Origin: Lama guanicoe
Lineage: Eukaryota
Reading direction: 5' to 3'
NCBI GenBank assembly: GCA_013239625.1
Contig: MU056050.1
Span: 5,217,366-5,281,365, forward strand
Length of the DNA stretch: 64,000 nucleotides
Positions 54,945-64,000 of the stretch are shown here, in pieces. Both the position numbers and the translations under genes were made by a program. The notes under the pieces were generated by a model. It was not told the origin of the DNA. It saw nothing but the letters and a program-made list of their open reading frames with translations, and made no database searches. Every line of letters starts with the position of its first letter. Positions within the stretch are counted from its first letter, which is position 1.

Positions 54945-55143
54945 GTGCCAGGAATTTTTTTTTTCCCTGAAAAGGCCAGATAGCAAATATTTCAGACATT
55001 ATAGGTCACATATGGTCACTGTAAGATATTCTTCTTCTTTGTTTTTGGTTTGTTTTTAAACAACTCATTAAATGTGAAAACCATTCTTGGCAGGCTGAAT
55101 TTAGCCACAGTCCAGATGTGAGCCATAATTTGCTGACCCCACT
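54945..55143 (+). mobile_element. MER58-family hAT MITE
   Basis: 'aaggccagatagcaaatatttcag...aaatgtgaaaaccattctt...gccataatttgctgacccc'. Confidence 0.75.
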
Positions 55144-55995
55144 TAAAACTGCTGTAAAACTATTCTACTATATTTCTACTAGTCTTTATTGTAGTAGTAA
55201 GGTCAGTTTAAAATAAAAATAAAAATTAATCCAGGGACAAGCTAAAATACATGACCCTTGACTTCATATGAAAAAAGAAGCATTCACTGAACATTTTTAA
55301 CTCACTCTTCTGATATAGATTTGTGATTCAGGGGAACACAGCACATGTGGTATAGTGTACCTACAACCATTAAATAACTTAAAATGTCTTGAGTTGATAT
55401 CATATCAAGGTGATAGGCAAAAAACACTAAAAGGAATCAACCCAGAAAGCAGGGTACTCCTAGTATGCAAAATCAAAGTTTACCGAAATATGAGATCACA
55501 ATAAAAAGTTACAAAGCTACAAAACACAAAAGAAAGCAGTTCAAAACAGGAGCAAGAATCAATGAAAACAATCAACAGTGGGTTCCTAAATATGCTGTTA
55601 ATTTTTTCATTACAGAAAATAACATGACAAAAAGAGATTTGAAATGTTTAAAGAAATAAAAGAGAACATTGAAAACAAAACAGGTCGGTGTGGAATGCAG
55701 CCAGGTAACACTAACAGAATAAAAAACAACACTGCTGAAATGAAAAACTCAGTAAGTTTTGCTTCTATTCAGATGTATAAAGAGTCTGAAAGAGCATCCC
55801 TCACAAAACAGGGACAAAAAGCAAATCTTTGATGCCTTGAGCTTATCTGACTACAGATGTCTCAGGGAAATCAACCAAATTGATTTCTGGAGTAAGACAT
55901 GTACTTTCAGGGAGAAACATGACTTGAGCATTTGCTTATCATGGGCAGAAATCATTGAAATTCATATAAACCAATAAGAAGATTCAACTACACAA

Positions 55996-57075
55996 TTTTT
56001 AAAATTGAAGTATAGTTGATTTACAATATTGTGTTAGTTTTAGGAGTACAACAAAGTGAATCAGTTTTTTTTATAGATTATATTCTATTATAGGGTATTA
56101 CAAGATGTTGAATATAATTCCCTGTGCTATACAATAAATTTTGTTGCTTTTCTATTTTATGTATAGTAGTTTGTATCTGTTAATCTCATAATCCTAATTT
56201 ATCCCTCCCCACCCCTTCCCCTTTTATAACCATAAATTTGTTTTCTGCATCTTTTTCACTTTTGTATATAGATTCATTTTTATTATTTTTAGATTCCACA
56301 TATGAGATATATGCTATTTGTGTTTCTTTGTCTGAATTACTTAACTAATTGTAATATTCTCTATGCACATTCACATTTCTGCAAATGGTAATATTTCATT
56401 CTTTTTAGGACAGTGTTATTCCACTATACACACATGCCACATTTTAAGCCAAGTGTCTGTTGATGGGCACTTGGGTTGTTTCCATGTCTTAGCTATTATA
56501 AATAGTGCTATTATGAACATTGAGATGCATATATCTTTTTGAATTAGAGATTTTGGGGTTGTTTTCTGGATATATACCCAGGAGTGGGATTGCTGAATAA
56601 TACGGTAGCGTTATCTTTAGTTTTTAAAGGAACCTCCATACTGTTTTCCTTAGTGGCTGCAACAATTTACATTCCCACCAACAGGGCTGGAGGGTTCCCT
56701 TTACTCTACACCCAATCCACCATTTATTATTTGAAGATTTTTTGATGATAGTGATTCTGACCAGTGTGACATGACACCTAATTGTGGTTTTGATTTCCAT
56801 TTCTCTAATACTTAGTGATGTTGAGCATCTTTTCATGTGCCTCTTAGCTGTCTGTATGTCTTCTTTGAAAAATGTCTGTTTAGGTCTTCTGCCTAATTTT
56901 TGATTGGGTTCTTTTTTTTTTATATTGAGCTTTATCAGCTATATGTATATTCTGGAAATAAAGCACTTGTCAGTTGCAATGCTTGCAAATATTTTGTCCC
57001 ACTCCATAGGCTGACTTTTCATTTAGCCCACAGTTTGCTGTGCAAAAGCTTTTAAGTTTGATTAGATACTATTTG
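55996..57075 (-). mobile_element. LINE-1 3' fragment (~1.1 kb)
   Basis: Reverse L1 3' UTR plus ORF2 end. ORF 56624..56836 [22 protein letters not shown] is L1 ORF2. Confidence 0.95.
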
Positions 57076-57540
57076 TAGTATTTGGTGACCCTGTCAGCTA
57101 GACATTTTTAATGAATTTCTAAAGCGGAATGTGGGATATCATGATAGGGTAAAGCCCCTAGGGGGCACAAAATAGGGATATTTACACCTTCTTATACGCT
57201 TTTGTCCCAAGTACCCCACTAGGCTTCCAGGAAGAATGATGAGAATCCTGAGAAGACTTCCCCCAAGGTGTTGCCTTGGGGAAGGGAACAGCAGCCACTT
57301 CGAAGGCTAAACACAAGTCCCTAACTTCTGTCTTCCTTATGGAAAAATCATTAACACACAGGGGTAAGAGAAACAAAACCACAGCCTGAGACAACTGGGG
57401 ATATTTTATCAAGCCAGGAGAATGACCCACAAACACATACCTCTACCCCCGGGAGGGAAGTGAAAAATATATACCAGATATTGGCTAGGATCCACTCTCA
57501 GTCCTTGGGGCTACCCACAATCCCCTGCCACACAGTGCAC

Positions 57541-57820
57541 AAACTTACGGGTTACTGGGGGTGGGGAAGGGAGTGGCTTGGGATAAACTGGGAGTTCAAG
57601 ATTTGCAGATACTAACCAATATATATACAATAGACAAACAAAAAGTTCATACTGTATAGCACAGGGTACTATATTCCGTATCTTACAGTAACTTATGGTG
57701 AAAAAGAATATGAAAATGAATATATGTATGTATGTGTATCACTGAAGCATTATGCTGTACACCAGAAATTGACACAACATTGTAAACTGACTAGATTTAT
57801 ATATATATATATATATATAT
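57541..57820 (+). mobile_element. Young LINE-1 3' UTR ending in (TA)n
   Basis: 'gggataaactgggagttcaagatttgcagatac...ccagaaattgacacaacattgtaaactgacta' followed by a TA run. Confidence 0.92.
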
Positions 57821-59011
57821 AAATATAAAGAAGTTACAGTTCATAACAGAATTGCTCACACGCAAGGATTGAAAGCATAGATTCTTAATCAAGTAAAATT
57901 GCTGCCTTGAAGCCTATTCTGATAAATATTTGACATTTAACTACCTCCCTATATTGAAAGTGCAATGAATTTTCTAACTGTTCTTTAAGTTAGAGCATAG
58001 ACAGAGATCTTACATAGAAAAAGAAAGCTCTAACAAAAAAGCTTTGAACAGATATTATGCCAAAAGAATATTCAAAACAGACTATTTTTATCCCCTCTGG
58101 GCAACTTTAAAGAATGAAATGGGAAAGTCTAGTTTAATTGTTAACGTGTTAGAATGAATGAATGAATGATTAGAACAAAGGTTGCTCCTATGATGTTGAG
58201 AAAAATGGCATACAGAAAAATGAATGAAAGGAAACATCTGGAAGATAATTCCCAGACAAATTCCACAGAGACCTCTGTAGCTCTAAAGAGGTGAATATGC
58301 CTTTATTAGAGGCCTGAAAGAATAAAAAAGCAACTGTTGCTTTAAGTAACGTATTTCTCTTTTCCTTTCTAGTCTATTTGGTACCTCTCTTGTGATCTTA
58401 GGGTTCTCTGGGATAATGTGGATGTGGGATAGAGGTGCAGAATAGGGATTATCAGAGTTATTGTATGCAAGATTTGTTCTAACTTAAAACTGTAGGATGC
58501 TTCAGAATAATTAAGCTAAAATCAATCCAGTTTTAGTGTATTTGGAGAGGGAGAATGCCCAGTTTCCCTGAGCTGTATTTTAAATATATTTGTTTCACAG
58601 TAATATGCATGGAAAGTATGTCGAGTGGATGAGGATTAGTTAACATCAGAATCAAAATTCTAGAGAAGCTTCGTAGCTCCCTTTTTTTTTTTGTTAAGGA
58701 ACTAGTTATACACCAACCCACTCCCTCCCCAGCTCCTAACACTGACTTCTTTGGGATTTAGGAAGTAAATTTTTGGTACTATTTTTACCAAGTACCAACT
58801 AGAGGACTGTTGATTAAATCAGTTCCTTTTCAGTCACTCTCTGAAATTCACCACACACAATTAATTTTAAAGTAGCCTTCAGAAAGTCCCCCAAGGAAGA
58901 AATTCCACATTATTTCCTATCTAAATACAGAATGGCCTTTGGTGCACTTAACCTCAAAGTAAATTAGGAAAGAGCATCACAAGTATCAGCCAGTTCTCTC
59001 AATGAACTTTT

Positions 59012-59046
59012 TACACTTGATCTTAGCCAAAAGGCCGAGAAGCGAT
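59012..59046 (-). pseudogene. RNU2: U2 snRNA 3'-truncated (tailless) retropseudogene, U2 nt 1-35
   Basis: Minus strand reads ATCGCTTCTCGGCCTTTTGGCTAAGATCAAGTGTA, identical to the vertebrate U2 5' end. Flanked by direct repeat ctcaatgaacttttt (58998-59012 and 59047-59061). Confidence 0.95.
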
Positions 59047-59139
59047 CTCAATGAACTTTTTAACGTGAGGGGGCTAATAAAATTCTGGAGTTTTGAATTT
59101 ACACAAGACAAGAAACAGAATTTCATCATACAACTTAGT

Positions 59140-59243
59140 GGGTAATCAGTGGTCTTGGTTTTCCTAGGACTGCCCCAGTTTTAGAAAGTTCTGCATCCCA
59201 TGAAACCTCTCAGTTTTGAGCAAATTGGATAGTTCATCATCTT
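59140..59243. mobile_element. MER81-like hAT-Blackjack MITE
   Basis: 'cttggttttcctaggactgccccagttttag...catcccatgaaacctctcagttttgagcaaattgga' follows the recalled MER81 with CpG decay. Confidence 0.55.
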
Positions 59244-59249
59244 ATGGTG

Positions 59250-59480
59250 TGGCCAAAATGGAGAGAAAAGGGCTGAATGACAGTTCAGATACTTGGATTC
59301 ACAATTGGTTGAGCAACATCATCAATAATTGTCAATCTGGAATATTTTTAACACCTTATTCCTTATCTTTCTATCAATTACTTGGAGGCAGTTACTATGC
59401 AAATGCTGATCAAATATTCATGCAATATATACGCTGATGAGAGAATGATATAAAGATAAAAATTATAGGTAAAACGTTAG
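59250..59480 (+). mobile_element. CR1/L3 remnant
   Basis: 'gggctgaatgacagttcagatacttggattcacaattggttgagcaac' (WIHNWL motif) and 'atgctgatcaaat'. Confidence 0.5.
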
Positions 59481-60029
59481 TTCAAGATTTTAAAATAGTC
59501 CTCTTTGCCCCTACTGTTGATACCTTGTAATGGAACTTCAATATAAAACTTAAAAAGGAAAAAATTAAATTACACAATTAGATTTGTAATGTGTATCACA
59601 GTTTAAGAATGAGCAGTGTTTACCAACTACATTCAGAAATGTTTTGACTTCTCTAGTATATCAGTGGAGTCTGCTTGAACTCAGTTAATTTGCATACACC
59701 ACTGGCAGGTCTGGAGAAAATTATAAAGGAAGGGACTAGGCAACAGGCTGAAGTCAGTTACAAAGCCTTAATTACCAAAAGAAACGTATTTCTGAGAAGA
59801 GAATAGTTCTTGTAAATTGAATTTGTTTCCTACCTAGAATCACTTTGGCCTAAATCCTATAGAGAAGTGGTACTGTTGGGGGAGAGGCTCTACATGAAAT
59901 TTGAAAAAAATGTCTTCTATAGCATATTAATTAAAAAAGAGATTCCAAACTGGTAGCAGTCAGGGTAAATCAAGTACACAGATAAATTTTCTTGGACCAC
60001 ATATGTTTTTACAAATGTACTAAGTGAAC

Positions 60030-60345
60030 TAAAGGGAGCCTTGGCATTGGTGATGGAACACTTCTGTATCTTGATCATGGTGGTGGTTATATGAATGTAC
60101 ACATGTGAGAAAACTACACTGAACTATAAACACACATACACACACACAGATGAGGGCATGTATACGTGGTGAAATGTAAATAGGCTTTGTGGATTTTACT
60201 AGTGTCAATTTCCAGGTTTTAACACTGTATTACAGTTACACAAGATGTCACCATTGAGAGAACTGGATGAAGATTACACTGAGCCTCCCTGTACATTCTT
60301 TTAGAACTTCCTGTAAACCTATAATTATTTTGAAATAAAAAAGTA
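60030..60345 (+). mobile_element. L1MD-type 3' end
   Basis: 'ttctgtatcttgatcatggtggtggtta...gtgtcaatttccagg...caagatgtcaccattg...cttcctgtaaacctataattattttgaaataaaaaagt'. Confidence 0.8.
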
Positions 60346-61086
60346 AGTTAAAGGCCATGTTTCAAAAAAAATTTTGAAATAATAATTGATGTACTACCTC
60401 TACCCACCCAGTTACTAAATTTTTCCATTTTATCCCAGACATATCCAAGCCCCCACCAAAGCTCTGAGGTGAGAGTTGAAAAAACCCCTACAAAAGCAAG
60501 AAACAAAATACACAAAAACTTAACTATTCATTTTAAAATACGCTGTTCTAAGTGACAGAATCTATAAACATTTTTATATAATACATTCTCCTTCCTGAAA
60601 ACTAGATAATAGACATTTTAAGCTTGGTGGGAGGATCCCATGGATAAGAAAATCTGAGACCTGGGAGGAATAATCCTCAACTAATCAAATGACTTTTGTG
60701 GTCCTCATCAGGATGCCAGATAGAAATGGACTCAATACCCTGTTATCTTTTCTGTCACTAACTGTTAAAGACACATATCAATGAGACCTAAGCAGGAGTT
60801 ACGTGCTTTTTCTTTTCCCCCAACACTCCGCTTAATCTCCTGCCTTTCATGTGAAAAACCCTATGTTGACAACTGTTTCTATAGCCTGGGGTACAAAAAG
60901 CCCGTAGAACAGAGATATGTAAGACTTCTCAGAAGATGTTGGTGATAGGAAGGGAAGGGAAACCATTAAGATTTCCAAAGTGAACTCTTATCAAATAGAT
61001 CCAGAATCAAACTCACCTAAGATTCCCCACAGTCCCATTATAACAGTGCAACATACCACACTTATTACAGCAAAGATTTCACAATG

Positions 61087-61560
61087 TATTCATACATCCA
61101 ACAAATATCTGTTGAAGGACTATCATCTGCCAGACACTGTTCTAAGCATTGGCATAAAACAGTGAGAAAAGCTCTTATGGAGCTTACATTCTAATCTGTG
61201 TATCTATGTACGTAGGTGTGCATGCATGGCTGGGGGAAATAAAACAGTAAAGGAGACACAAAGTCTTTCAGGCATGGTAAAGGGGCAGACAAGTTTAATT
61301 TTATAGGCTTCCTTAGTAAAGTGATCAGGATAAGCCTTATATATTGAGAAGATAATATTTATCTTAAAAAAAATGAAGGTGAGGGGATGAGGAATGTGAA
61401 TATCTAGGGGAAGCACATGCCAATTACAGCAAATGCAAAGACCCTGAAATGTGACTGGTCTGGTGTGTTGCGGGTACAGAAAGGAAGTCACAGCAGTGTT
61501 ATCAAAGCAATGAGAGGACAATAGTAAAAGATGCAGTCAGAGGTAATGGGGGGTTTGTAA
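61087..61560 (-). mobile_element. LINE-2 3' fragment
   Basis: 'attcatacatccaacaaatatctgttgaaggacta...tgccagacactgttctaagca...cttatggagcttacattcta'. Confidence 0.8.
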
Positions 61561-61953
61561 AGTTACCTGTGTCTATTCAGGTCCACTTTCCAGAACAGAC
61601 AAAATGTACCCATGAACACAGATCATTTTTTTCCTTGTGATGGGAATTCTTCGAACTTACACACATAACTTTCATATATAACATACAGCTGTGTTAATTA
61701 TATTTATATAACAAGCAGTGGTTTCTTCCCAGAGACACTGAGCAGTCTGGGAGAGGGAGTTAGTGAGCTAGTTTCAGTTCAAGATTTTGTACAGGGATAC
61801 AAACTGTGCCCACAAACCTCTTCTCCTCACTATTTGTGTTAGGTGGGTCCTAGATAATGCATTAAATTAATAACATGCAGATTATGACCTGCTGAATGAG
61901 GAGACACAAGTGACCCAAACAGGTGGCTTCCTCAGCATCCAAGCTCCTACTTT

Positions 61954-62579
61954 TGTAACTGAGCAGGACTCTGTGAGGACTTCCTGGGACAGACACCCCC
62001 CACCATTGTCGTCTACCTGCCTCTTATTTGTATAACTTTAGCCTCCCAGGCTTCTTGAGTTGCAAAGAATAAATTTGATCAGAGGAGTAAGAAAATGCAG
62101 AAACAAAGGAAAATATTCAAGCAAGCAAAATAATAATAGTTTAGGCATTAAACAGTCAAAGACATTTAGTTCCTCTTCAAGGCCTATAAATAATATGCTG
62201 AGTCATATCTTTTAAGTTGCAGATACAGAAACCTCCGCCTGGTGGAAGGAGCTAACTCTATGCTGACCACAAGCATGTAGACCCCAGATTGCTTGGAACC
62301 AGTAGGTTGATGATGTTGACTTCCAGTTACCTCACCAACGACTAATCAGTAGAATGTGCATGAGCTGATCACACACCCTGCAACCCTCTCCCTCGCTGTG
62401 TCTTTAAAAATCTTTCCCTGAAAGCCATCAAGGAGTTCTGATCTTTTGAACATTAGCATCCCAGACACCTCGTTTGGCACCTGCAATAAATGCTGCACTT
62501 TCCTTCACCACAACTCTTGTCAGTCAATTGACTTTACTATGTGCAGGTGAGGGGACCCAACAAGTTAGGTTCAGTAACA
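61954..62579 (+). mobile_element. Complete ERV1-type solo LTR (MER41-like), 626 bp
   Basis: Near-inverted termini tgtaactga / tcagtaaca, 4-bp flanks cttt / gttt, AATAAA at 62485-62490. Family name is from recall. Confidence 0.75.
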
Positions 62580-63129
62580 GTTTGGGGAAGTGCAAACCCT
62601 GGGGTCATTATGACTAAAGGTGCAGTTTCAGTTCACCCATATAAAGAAAGTAAAGTCACAAGATTTATTACTTACAAATCCCAGAATAGTAGGGGAAAGA
62701 GAGAGAGTAGGAGGGAACATAAGCCAGGGGAAAGGCAATCCTCTGTCTCACATCACCAGTGGGCAGGAAATAGAGAGCAGGGTAGCAAGCACCAATTACT
62801 TATAAGGTGCTTGTGGCAGAGGTCACTAACTTCTTGCGGGCTCAATTCTAAACGGTTATTTTTAAAAAGCACCTTGGGAAAATCAAAGTAGGAACTTGAG
62901 GTGGGAATCGTAAACTCAGATCCTTATCTAAATATTAAGATCCTTGAGTGTGAGCAAGTTAGAATGCCTAGGCAGCAACTCAAACTCCTGTTTTCTCATC
63001 ATTACAACCATTGGCTTCTGATATTTACTTTATGAGATTTAAAAGAATTTACTAATTCCATCTCTTTATTTTTTATCTTCTACTTCTTGAGTCACTTTGT
63101 ATACCTTGTGTCCTTCTTGTAACTTTCCT

Positions 63130-64000
63130 ATTTCATTTAAATGATCTAAATGTTTGCAATGCAGTGGTTCATACCATTCCTTTATTATCCCTTCTATTTC
63201 TGTAAGGTCATCACAGTAGTAATGCCCCTTCTTTCATTCCTGACTTTAGTAATTTAGTATTTTTGAGTCTTTCTCTCTTTTTGGGGGATCGGTCTACTTA
63301 AGGTGTGTCAATTTTGGAGATTTGTTCAATGCATCAACTCTTGCTTTTGTTGATTTTTCTTTATTTTCTATTTCTTTTATTCCTTCCTTCTTCTTGCTCT
63401 TGGTTAGGTTTGATTTTCCTTTTCTATTTTCTTAAAGATGGAAGGTTAGACTATTTGATATCTTTCTTCATTTTTATGTGTTTACAATTGTAAATTTCCC
63501 TCTTCACTATTTTAGCAGCATTACACAAGTTTTGGGTTGTTTTGTTATTATTTTCACTTATCTCACATTATTTTCTTGTGATTTGTCTGACTGGGCTTGT
63601 AAGTGGGGTATTGTAGTCTCCAGCTACTATTGTTGATGCTTCTATTTATCCCTTCAATTCTGTCAGTTTTTGCTTCATGTATTTGGGAGCTCTGTTGTAT
63701 AATATAATTATTATTTTTTTGGAGGGACTGACCTCTTATTATTGTATCATGTCATTCATTTTCTGTAACAAATGCATTTGTTGTAAAGTCTATTTTGTCT
63801 GGTATTAGTTTAGATACTTCAGCTCTCTTAAGGTTAAAGCCTGCATGGTATATATCTTCCCATTATTTTTCTTTCAATGTATTTTTTAATCTATGTTTTT
63901 TTTTCTTTCAGCGTATATTTGGATTATTTTTGTTTATCCATTCTAGCAATATGTACTTTTTAACTGGAGTGAATATTCTATTTACATTTAATGTAGTTAC
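63130..64000 (-). mobile_element. Old LINE-1 ORF2 5' (endonuclease region) fragments, running off the window end
   Basis: 'ctttcattcctgactttagtaattt', 'gtctccagctactattgttga...tctgtcagtttttgcttcatgtatttgggagctctgttgt', 'aagtctattttgtctggtatta'. Confidence 0.85.

Noticed and set aside
1..64000. Excess of plus-strand young L1 tips hinting at a minus-strand host gene
   Set aside because: Too few elements and only a mild overall bias. No exon chain was found to support a host gene

Overview
AT-rich, CpG-poor mammalian (eutherian) genomic DNA, either intergenic or deep intronic. I see no CpG island, no recognisable protein-coding gene, and no tRNA, rRNA or CRISPR array. A large part of the window is decayed transposable elements: LINE-1 fragments of several ages, L2, CR1/L3, MIR, MaLR/ERVL/ERV1 solo LTRs, and Tigger- and hAT-family DNA transposon fossils, often nested. 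The young L1 3' ends look cetartiodactyl, and I found no young SINEs, which suggests a camelid (inference). Most ORFs in the track are L1 remnants, repeat artefacts or chance. The clearest unusual items are a 35-nt tailless U2 snRNA retrocopy with a perfect target-site duplication (TSD), a 54-bp L1 tip inserted into another L1, a triple-nested LTR stack and a tail-to-tail L1 mosaic. More speculatively, there is a Cys-rich frame resembling an NR5A nuclear-receptor zinc finger inside an ~8-kb TE-poor island. I cannot support a new biological system from this sequence. Repeat family names come from recalled consensus sequences, not a search. Boundaries are approximate unless TSDs or TIRs are quoted.
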